A stretch of 63,420 nucleotides of DNA, filler included, from Folioceros fuciformis (Eukaryota): NCBI GenBank assembly GCA_049999805.1. It is 6 parts of 6 records of this genome, joined end to end, with 100 filler letters (N's around TTAATTAATTAA, not from the genome) between each part and the next. Parts side by side here need not be neighbours in the genome. Positions count along the whole stretch, not along the records: positions 9,431 to 21,625 come from JBNGIO010001226.1; 5 more parts are not named here. The stretch is one strand, 5' to 3'. Numbering within the stretch: position 1 is the first letter of the stretch; the number at the start of each line of letters is the position of its first letter. The notes below the pieces were generated by a model. It was not told where the DNA came from. It saw nothing but the letters and a program-made list of their open reading frames with translations, and made no database searches. Below, in pieces: positions 11,148 to 21,725 of the stretch. Made by a program: the position numbers and the translations under genes.

Positions 11148-13680
11148 CTACACTTTTAACTGCCAGCCACGAAAGTCGAGCACGGTGATGGGAGTGCTGC
11201 CATTGTTGAAGAGATAGACGCGAGCCTTGTCTTCCAGAGCAAGCGTAGGATACACGCGGGAGGTGATGCTCACTTTTCCTCTTTGGGCAAACGTCTCCAC
11301 GATGGAATGGTCCACCTGCAATAGCCATGGTCATCAACACGAAACCAGTAGAGCCACTCTTGCAGGACCAGATCACCAGAACCAGCAAACTAAGAGACGG
11401 TACCAATATTCTCAAAGACAGCTGCGTTTCCGATGCTTCGATTGGCAGGAAGCTTCCATATGCAGTCGTGTCTACATCCGCCGCAAGAGAGGATCTGCGA
11501 AGACGCACAGTAAACTCAGTTGAAGTGATGACAAGGTGATGAGATGGCAGGGCTTGGGCAAGAAGGGTCTCCACCTGCTCTGATCGCTGCAGACCAGGAC
11601 TTTCAAATCCGCTGTCTGCACCAAGCGGAAGGACACGGCAGTGTATTCCTGCAACGCGTGGGCTGCCAGAACCAGTACCCCAAAAGGCCCCAGGACTGAT
11701 CCGGAGGCCCGGCTGCACAATTGTTGGGCCTCAAGTGCTACAACATCCGTGGGCACGAAGAGGCCATTGGCTTTTGCCAGTTCTGGTATGTCGAACACTA
11801 CCTCGATGTCCAGCTGCACATACCAGCAGCTCGATGGTCAACCTCAGAGGAAGACGGCAACAGACTCCGAGGCTTCGCATGCATTGCAGAGCTGATAGCC
11901 TAAAGGCATAACAAACGCACCTGAGGCCCGCGAAGCTTTCCAATTTTCTTCAGTCCACCAGCTTTCAAGGTGAACTCGTTCTTGGTCACGAGGTTTTGCC
12001 GCAAGGATTCGACTTCTTCAACCGGCCACTGGATGAGATGGGTGCCTGTGCTCTGGTCCAGCCAAACCGTCCTTGGAATTGCCTGAAAGCCGGGCACCGA
12101 ATCGGATCAATACCTCCGGCTCACCATGTGAGTGGGCCATTTGGCGTCTTTGGGATGGTCACCCAGGATAGGCAAGGCTCACCTGGACAGATGACCATCC
12201 CTTGCTGTAATCGTGTGCCACGCTATCCGAATCGTTGGCCCAGCCCCAGAGAATTCGTCTCCGCTTGTTCTGGTCGTAGAAGGTCTTGGAAGCATAAAAT
12301 TTGCCGTAGTCGTACCGCAGCCCAAGTCCAGCGTCGATGGCGTCAACTACAGGAACAAAACTATCATTCCCTCCGTCGTACGTGCCCACAGTGTAGTAGT
12401 CATGCTTGGTTATGTCCAAGCTCACTTTCAAGACGTGCTTCACAGAATGCCCATTCACTGAAGTATCCAAACCTCCGTCTCCTGTGACTGGAACGGGATA
12501 AAAGTCAGGGCACTCCCACATGCCTGTGAGTTTCACGGAGTGTAGGGGATGCCCGGCTTGAGTCCAAGCGAGGAAGTCGGAGCTGGTGTAGAGGATCGCC
12601 AACCCAGTTTTGTTCTTCGGCTCTGGGGGCTCGAAGCTGGCTGAGCCAACCAGTATCCTCCACTTTCCATCGTCTCCAATCCATCCAGTCGTCGGGTCCC
12701 TGAAGTAGGTGGCATTGATACCAGGCGGAGTGCGAATCAAGGGGTTTTCCGCCACCTTCTCCCACTTGAGCAACAGCGGATCTGTGGGGTCCACTGGAAC
12801 AGCTTTGCTCTGCAGCTGTGCACCATCAGAAGCGTCACCAGTGTACAGCAGCACTGGTGTGCCATCCTCGAGGAAAGTGGCTGACCCCGACCATACTCCC
12901 TTGATGTCATACCACTGGTCAGGCACCAGGGCAGGATCCAGAATCCGCCAGTGTACGAGATCAGTGGACACAGCATGACCCCAGACGATGTTGCCCCAGA
13001 CAACATCATAAGGATTGTACTGGTAGAACAGGTGGTAATATCCCTTATAGTACAAAGGCCCTGCCACGAACCGCACACTTCCCACCAGTCATCACCCAAG
13101 CCTTGCATGAAGCCTTCGAATCCAAGCAGTCAAGGCAGGAAGGGAAAGCAAGTGATGACAGGCTAGGCACTGACCATTTGGATCTGCGTCCGTCCAGCCC
13201 CCCAACACCACAGTTCCAACACGAAGAGTTAGTCCTCATCACCCCATCGTTTCAGCGACACCCACCTCACACATCATCACAATCACGAAGGGACCACCAA
13301 TTACCGTTCATCCAATTCTTCGCGGGCTGGAAATGGAAAGCAGTCCTGTAGTAATCCTCCTTAGCGGAGAAAGTGTTGACAGGTTCAGCACTGTTTCCCA
13401 ATGCCCACACAGTTCCAGACCGAGACGATTCTTCATCCTTGAGGTCAGAAGAATTCGAGGAGGAAACATGCCTCACAAGCTCTACAGTTCCAATAATCCC
13501 CCCAGCTCCCAGGACGCACAACAGGAGCACCATCCCCGCCCATGTGCGCAAAGATGCACCTCTCTCGCCATTCCACACTGGGCCAGACCTTCTTCCCGTT
13601 GCAGCCGCATGAGTTCCTCCGACGGAAAAAGGGGGCACGGAGATCACAAGGGGAGCAGACTCGCTGCTCAGACCCTGCAT
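11148..13680 (-). CDS. Acid invertase / beta-fructofuranosidase (GH32), 7 exons
   Basis: Exons 13680-13305, 13183-13175 (9 nt), 13060-12183, 12082-11921, 11813-11575, 11494-11404, 11315-11148, all GT-AG. Motifs [49 protein letters not shown]-terminal hydrophobic anchor. Confidence 0.95.
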
Positions 13681-15037
13681 GGTGGCGCCCGCTGGGGGCC
13701 GGGACTCTCTTCTCACACCATACGGACTCCAAACGAGCTGATGTACAGTCCGCAAATAACAATCAAAGACGCTTTCAGGTATTATCCGCAGCGGATAATC
13801 CGTCTCCTTCTATAATTGAAGCCGTCCCCACTGGCCTCTCCTGCAGCCTGCAACAATGCTTTAAACATTTCCTCAGACAATGCGAAGGACTGCAGAAACA
13901 GACAGGAGGCGATCTTTCTAAACAAGTCTGACGCAACCGACGTCAGGCAGGCCCATGCCACGAGGATGGATTTTACAGGGCCAACCCATCTTAGGCTGGT
14001 GAGCAGGTTGGACGTTGGGCGACGCCCCTTCCCTGAGACGACTCGAAGCTACAGTACATACTTTCCAGTCCGAGTCCGCGTTTCATCCAAGCGCAGAGGT
14101 GGAGGGGTGTTATTGGTCAGTGGCTGCTGCCCTTTTCACCTACCATGACAGAGCAAGCACACATCTTGGCGCGATCGATGAGGACACCAATGGCCTAGCA
14201 GTGCATGAGGGTCCCTTCTATCCTCCGTGCATGTGGGTCCTTCCTATCCTCTGCGACGCAGAAGATAGAAATGACGCAGGCTCTGCGTCATTTCTATTCT
14301 CTACGAATGGTAACGTGTGATAATCGAGTTGGGCCATTCTTCACAGGAGGATAAGTCCTAGGATGTAAAAAAGCTTCTACAGTACCGTATTCTGCGATGC
14401 CAAAGAAAATGGTTTCAAATGGGTTCCAAGACCGTAAATTGTTTCACAAGACCTGTGATATGTAGACAACTGGTTTCATAACAGTTCCTAGGGAGGCACA
14501 TGGTTTCGCACGAGTCCTTCCCTAGCACGTTTTGCAAAGGATTTGAAAATATTTACAGACTTTGGTGTTTTAATTTGTACATCTCGTGAGGTAATCATTA
14601 GGTCCTCTTTATTTGTCCTTCGCTCATTTGTCCTCGAACAGGTTATTATTTGTTCTAACAACCTGGGCTAGCCGTGAAAATCAGGTGGCCAGGTTTGGCT
14701 CCATCGATCCACTAGTGCATTTGCGGCCATGCTTTATGTATTACATATCATGGCATGTGCACATATATACGGGCACCAGGTATGTATCGTTGTGCGGGGC
14801 ACGGACAGCCGGAGAAAAAGAGCAAGCACGGACAAATCCTACTTTTCCACCGCAAAATAGTGGGCTTAGGATGCAGATCAAGAACGAACTCCCACACTTA
14901 ATTTCAAGGTTTATAGCTTAAGCCACTAGACTACATTACGTACATCTAAAATAAAACAATCAACCTAATTTAGGAACTTTAAACTATAGAAATGGGATGT
15001 GCAATTGGAAAATCCAGCGAAAAGAAATCTAGAATAT

Positions 15038-15108
15038 GGTAACCCATCCCAACACTGATCTGAACTAGGGCTGCTTAATAGCGGAGTTCAAATGGAGAAC
15101 GGTTCATT
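15038..15108 (-). other. 5S rRNA-derived fragment (internal Pol III promoter region), not a full 5S gene
   Basis: Reverse complement AATGAACCGTTCTCCATTTGAACTCCGCTATTAAGCAGCCCTAGTTCAGATCAGTGTTGGGATGGGTTACC aligns without gaps to the middle of plant 5S rRNA (GAACTCCGC, TTAAGC, GGATGGGTgACC), about two-thirds identical by eye against a recalled consensus. Confidence 0.75.
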
Positions 15109-15939
15109 GGCCTCTACAAGCCTCTAGAAGGAATGAGGGACACATTTAAATTATATACAGTGTTGTATAGAAGAAGAAGGAGGATCTATGTGCACTTTGG
15201 TCAGAGGTGCCGATGCCCCGTTCACAGCGATTTCGAGCCAAGGCTGGTCGTGCCTACAGGGCGCCCTTCCTCTGCTAAGATCTAGGCGCCTCAACTCACA
15301 AGAAATTGCTAATTGGAGCCTAATTGGGGAAGATGGGGAGGGGGATTGGAGCTCGGTTGATCTTAGTATCTCTAAATTGGCTCAATTTCCCCCAATCTGC
15401 AAGCGTGTAGGGGGAGAAGGTATTCCCATAGAGGATCTACCCCCTATTACTCAACTTATGCCAAATGATGCCAGAATCGAGCAAACTCCGTCGAGAATTG
15501 AGGTGGATCCAAGGGGTGTGGAAGATTGCAGGATGAGAAGCAATTCTCGGCTAATCTTGACTTGAAATCCACCAAATTCACACATAGGGCTCAGCAGGAG
15601 GAGGCACCCCGGCTCGCTGATCCAGTGCTCGCAGCCGATCACACCTGCTGCAAGTGCTAGAGGTGCAGTGCCGTGACGCAGCAGTGCCCCATAAGCAAGT
15701 GGATCCCAGCGCTCCCGCGAAGTGGTAACCATGCCGAAACGACAAGTTGTCGTTTCGAAGGCAAAACGTTGCCCCGCTTGCAAACTTAAATTGTCTATCC
15801 TGCGTTGAACCGGTTAAGGCCGCCCCAAACGGTGTGAACGATTTGTGCTACCCTTAAAGACGTATTTTTCTCTAACGAGTGATCTAGTCGAAGTATCATA
15901 ATATTTTGACTGCTCGCTCTTCCGTGAAAGTCCTTAAGG

Positions 15940-18081
15940 ATGGCTGCTCAACCACCACCAACACCAACAATCTTCAACATAATGAACGTCAACACTGACT
16001 TCAAGGAGAAGGATCGCTTCAATGGCACAAAATTCGAAGTATGGTCTCGTCGAATGAAGACTGCTTTGAATACTTGGGATTTGCTCCCGATTGTCGAAGG
16101 TACCTTCCCCAAGCCGTCTGGTCCCCAGTCCGCTATTGACGCCTGGGTACGGCAGGACAGACAGGCTATGCATATGCCAATCTCTGGATTAGACGAGGTT
16201 ATCTTATGCCATACTGATGGTGCCATAACCTCTGCTGAAGCTTGGAAGCAACTCATAGATATCTATCAATCTACTAATGTGATGACTCTTGTTACAGTAC
16301 GTTTGGAGTTCTACTCATTACATATGCAACATAACGACAGTGTTGCTCAACACATAAGCAAGTTTAGGTATCTACGCGCTCAACTTGTAGCACTTGGAAC
16401 GGCAATCTCCGAATTTGATGTTGCGGTCCAACTCTTAGCTAGCCTCCCAGCTAGTTATCAAACCTTTGTCTCGTCCCAGAATCAGATGGTGAGAAATGCT
16501 CACCAAGCTATTAGGTCGGGCCAGTCCCGAATATAAATGTGTCAGAGATTGCTGGAGCTCTCCTGCAAGAGGAGGCTGCTAGGTTCAATGCTGGCACATC
16601 TCAATATGGGGGAAAAAGGGTCATGTTTGTGACCAACAGTAGGTCACAACAGAATATAAACAGGAGCTCCCAGGGATCTTTGGGTTCTTCCAAGTCTCCT
16701 AAGGGGACATGTCATTGGTGCCAGATACTTGGCCATTGGGAGAGAGAGTGTCGGAAGAGACAGGCTAGTAAGTCCCACCAGAAGCCAAGGATGGAGAATG
16801 CTGCCGTCGTCTCCAAGGCCAAGACCCACTACCTAGATCAGCCCGACCTCATGCTCTAACCGTGTGTTTGGTGGTTTCTATCTACAGGATCTATGGCTAA
16901 TTGCTTTTGTGGCGTTAGTGCACGATTGTAGCCACAGACACATGTTCACATCATGGCGAAAGATATCGTCTTCGTACGACAAGTCTTGCAAGACAACACG
17001 TTCCGCTTAATTTCGGCTAGGGAGATTGTCTTCTCTACCCGACCTTGCATGCGGTTGTCCGCATCATGTCTTGTACATTTCGTGGGCAAATCTGTTCTTA
17101 CATTTGTTGCCTCACTAATCTAGTGGCATCGATCTTGATAGATGGTCCATTTAGAGGGAGATCGTACCGTGGCGATGCACTTCTCACACTTCCATGTTCT
17201 TGATGCTAGTTGCACTCCTCTTTATAATTGGCTTTTTCACCTCAAGTGTTTCCAATGTTCATAGTTTACGCTCGAGAGGGGCAAGATGAACAAGCCATGA
17301 CGAGGAGTACCGGTGATCTTGCTATCAGGATCATGGTGCCCCGTTACGTTGGTGCGGTACATGGCGTTCCCAAGGCACCTATGGAATAGAAAAAAAAGGA
17401 GTTCAACAAGCCGACTTCGCTACCTCTGAAGACATGCAGATTATCTCTGCTGTAGAGGGAGTTCTATTTACGCTTCCAAAGGGTTACAAACCTGAAGCAG
17501 CTGAGTGGAGTTGTTGGTAATCGGTGATGAATATGATTATTTGGCTTTCTCAGAAAAGTGGTCATTGGAATGGTGGACTATAGATATTGTACGATTTAGG
17601 TGGCTCATTTGGTGGGGCTATCCATTTTTGTTCTGTCACTAGGAGTTGTAAGATGTTGTAGAAAGCTTACTCTTTTCTGGTCACAAAAGTGGTGTTCTTC
17701 TCCACGAGTTGCTGTACACTACAGGCTCACCGCGAGGCAGTTTGACTGACTCTAGGTGATAGCCGAATTGAGCAAGGCTGGAAGCTTGACTACAACAAGA
17801 GTGATCTCCTTTTGTTTAATGGAGCTCTTAGATAACAGCAACCTGCAACGTGTCTGAGAGGGAGAGTTAGAAGAAAAACCACGCTGGTTTTGTACCTTGT
17901 TGGTTAGTCTAACTAGGCCTTAGCTTTAAATGTAGTTAGTTAATTAGCAAGCTAGCGAAAGGACACAACCCTTCGTAACCCTTTAAAAGCCCACCTATGA
18001 ACCTAAACCTTAGTTGATCGTTTATCATTCTTAAAAAAGCATCTGCTTGATGCAAGACGCTTCTGCATGGCATTTCTAACT
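15940..18081 (+). mobile_element. Ty1/Copia LTR retrotransposon copy A, internally deleted: gag plus decayed pol, PPT and 3' LTR (17865..18081)
   Basis: Gag RFNGTKFEVWSRRMKT...LLASLPASY, zinc knuckle CHWCQILGHWEREC. Segment near 17270 matches 23455 of copy C. PPT GAGAGGGAG precedes the LTR. No 5' LTR found. Confidence 0.85.
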
Positions 18082-18222
18082 GTACCAATGTCCTAAAAAA
18101 AGAGCATGTAATTGTCTACCACTGTCCTCTACGTATTTTCTTTGCCACCTCCTACATTTCTCTCTTTTTCTTCTTGGGAGGGAAAAAGAAAGGTCTCAAC
18201 GTAGCTGCATTACTTGGTCCTT

Positions 18223-20590
18223 AGTTAGAACTACATGCGAAAGCATCTTTTGCAAAGATGCTATATTAACAATGATTTAAGTGTGTTTATAGATGAACTT
18301 TTATTGATGGTTATGTACAGGTATGTCCTTTTGCTATCATAGCCAACTACCTATACTAAGTGTAAGGTCTATCTGACTAACCAAATTGGTATAGAACCAA
18401 TGTGGTATGCTATTATTTCTAACTCTCCCTCACATACACATTATCGTTCAGCTCCAAACTAAGAAAAGAAGATCACTAGTAAAAGAAACTGCCACTAAAG
18501 TCTACCATCTTTAGCTTAGCTGTCACATCTTTTGGTCGCACCTCCTAACGTGGAGGCTGTCGTCAATAGCAACTCACGAAGTAGAGCACTAATCATGACC
18601 ATAGCAGAACCAAGTCCTCAACTTAAGCTATCTTTCTAGATGATGGAACAAACATGGAAAGCCTCACCAAGTGAGTGATTTGTCTAGCATCACATAGCTA
18701 CTACAATCTACAAGTCCAAGCCCCTTCACTGTGGAAACAATGGTTAAACTTGGACAAAGACTTTGTCAGAAAATCGGCCATGTCATCATATGTTGATACA
18801 TTCCGTATCTTCACTAAGTTTCTCTCAGATGCATCTCTAACATAATGATGTTGAATCTTAATGCGTTTAGTGCGGGCGTGAAACATAGGGCTAGAAACTA
18901 GGGTGATGGCTGACATATTATCACAATTTATAAGCGTAGGTCATGCTTGTTGCATACCCAAGTCTTTGCACAACTCCCTTTCTTGCATAGCCTCCTTGTA
19001 GCTTTTGTGAGTGCTTTGTACTCCAACTCTATAGAAGATAAAGATATAGAGGCTTGTTTCCTACAAGACTAATTTACAACAGTAGAGCTAGCAAGGAAGC
19101 AATAAGCCAATAGACTCTTTTGGGTGTCTACATCGACATAGTAAGTCAATTGTAGACTCCTTTTGCCACTAGGCTTGTAGCATAGACCATAGTTAGGAGT
19201 ACCTTGGGACCGCATGAAAATGGCGCCCGAGGCCAAGATCATCCACAAACCCAATGGCAATTTTCATGACGTGAACCCCGTAACAACAGATGGAAATGTG
19301 AGGATGCTCACCAAACAAAGAAAGGCGTTTTACCCCTGTACTACATCGAAAGCTTTGGTGATGATGACGTTCAAAGAGAAGAAGGTACATGTCTATGTGT
19401 ACGTTGTCTATTGGAGAAAACGAGGAGATGCCTCCCGCCTCATCGATAGTGTACATAGCAAACGATGGCGTCTATGTAGTGACCGGGTAGTACTAAGTAT
19501 ACGTGCATAGAGGGCTTAACTCAAGTGGGTAAAGGTGAACTAGAAGTACAGGAATTTGCAGCGAACGGGCAAACCTAGTTTCATTCGGTACCACATCATA
19601 TGAAATGACATGAGAATGACAACAAGGTCAATCGTCATACCTCGTTCATCATAAAGAAGTCCACATTCTTGTAGTGATTCTTGGAATTCATGTACACAAA
19701 GATAGATCCACTAGAGCAATCTAGCTTCCTCAAGGTTGATATGTAGCCAGGATTCTCAAGAGGTTCAACTTGGAGAATGCACGAGCAGCTACCACTCCAG
19801 GTGCTGTTGGTGTTAAGCTCTCTTCATTTTCTTGTCCATAGTATGACGAAGCGGAAAAGAAAATGGAGAGGGTATCTTATCGTAGGGCGGTTAGCAGCCT
19901 CATGTTTCTAAGCAACTGGACAAGACCAGACATATCTAATATTGTTAATGTAGTTGCCCAATTCTTTGAGAACCCAGGAAGGGATCATTGGGTTGCACTT
20001 AAAGGAATTATGTGCTAATTAATGTATTTAAATTGATCCAGATCTTTCATTTCAAACTCCTTACTGAGATCAACCTTGATTTAGTTAATCAAATCCACAT
20101 TATTACTGGCGATAACTAAGTCATCCACGTATAACGCTATCAAAACAAGCAAGCTATCCTTTTGTAGCACATGCACATTAGTATTTGCTTCGCTTTACAC
20201 GAACCCAATCTTCTTAACATAAGAGTCAATTCTCTTGTACCATAGTCGAGGACTTTGTTTGAGCTCATAAATAGAACGAAGGAGTTTACACACCTTTTGT
20301 AGGAATCTCTTATCCTCATAATCCTTAGGCGGATCGATGTATAGCTCTTCTTCCAAGTGACCATAGAAAAAAGCTGTACAAACATCCAGCTGATAGATGT
20401 CCAAGTTAAGTTTAGCACATAAAGCAAGGAGTACTCTTATTGAAGCTATTTTGACAACAGTTGAGTAGACCTGATCGCCTTGAAAGTCGACTCCCTCTTT
20501 TTTACTATAGCCCTTGACCACTAGCCTCGCTTTACAACGTATGTGAGGCTCAACCTCTTGAAACTTTGTTTTGAGTACCCACTTGCACTA
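18223..20590 (-). mobile_element. Ty1/Copia copy B (same family), RT/RNase H remnant with 3' LTR 18223..18424 and an internal inversion
   Basis: Minus-strand RT (VKGYSKKEGVDF, YQLDVCTAFFYGHLEEE, ALYVDDL) and RNase H (MSAITLVSSPMFHARTKRIKIQHHYVRD). PPT GAGGGAG followed by AGTTAGAA. Confidence 0.88.
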
Positions 20591-21625
20591 GTGCATGCAT
20601 CACTATGAAAATTGGGACGAATTCTTAACTCTATGACCTCAGGCCACTTGAGCAATATGGTGGCATAAAATTGGAATTAGCACCCCCTCTTGATGGTGGC
20701 TTTCACACTTCTTGAGCTAGGACATGTCTTTGGCCTCATTGACAGATCCACAAAGTTGGAGGGTTCAGCACATTGACCTCGAAAGTTAGTTGGTCCACAT
20801 TGACAATGGTACACCACACATTCAAATACATGTGTGGGCCTTATAACGTTCTTGGGAGCTTCCTTCAAAATCCAAAGATAGTGACCCAAACGAGAACACT
20901 AGCTTATGTCGTCGCCATAAGCTCGGCGACGACATAAGCTAGTGTTCTCGTATGTTGAGCCCTTGGACATGCCCTTTATTATTCTTAGGACATTGCGTAT
21001 GACATAGGGTGTGTGGGAAAGGAGTGGTGTTGACCTTTGACACTTTGGGTACTTGTTCAGAGAATGGGTAGTAATGGAGGGAGAGAGTAGAGAATTACAA
21101 AGGGAGAGAGTGGAGTTAACTCTTGAGGTACCAAGCGTCTCAATCTCCAAAGCGATAAATGCATCGGAGATGATCCATTATCCGTGGCATGTGCTACTCA
21201 TGCCTTCGTTCTCTATATGTCCCTCACCATATCTTTCAACCTCACTTCTATTTTGCCATGTGCAAAACACATGACCTTCCACCTCCAGCACTACCCGCTT
21301 CAAATGTTGTTCGTGTTGTTCATATTTCTCAAATGCCGCCTTCCACTTCAATTTGAACACTAAAACGCGCTATCTACACAGGCTGGCCATTGTCTCCAAC
21401 AACCACGAGGATGCACGACCTGGAATTGACAATCGGCAGAGTGTTACTCACAGGGTGGTTTGGGAGGGCTATTATGGGCAGCATGCCCCTACACGGTGGT
21501 TTGGGGGGTGCTACGGGCAGCACACGCTCACACGATGCTTTGGATGCACAACCTAGAATTTAGGATTAGTAGAGCGTGTTCACACCATGGTTTGGAGGGG
21601 TGCTGTGGGCAACGCACCTTCACAC

Positions 21626-21725
21626 NNNNNNNNNNNNNNNNNNNNNNNNNNNNNNNNNNNNNNNNNNNNTTAATTAATTAANNNNNNNNNNNNNNNNNNN
21701 NNNNNNNNNNNNNNNNNNNNNNNNN
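21626..21725. other. Assembly spacer
   Basis: N run with TTAATTAATTAA. Confidence 0.98.
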
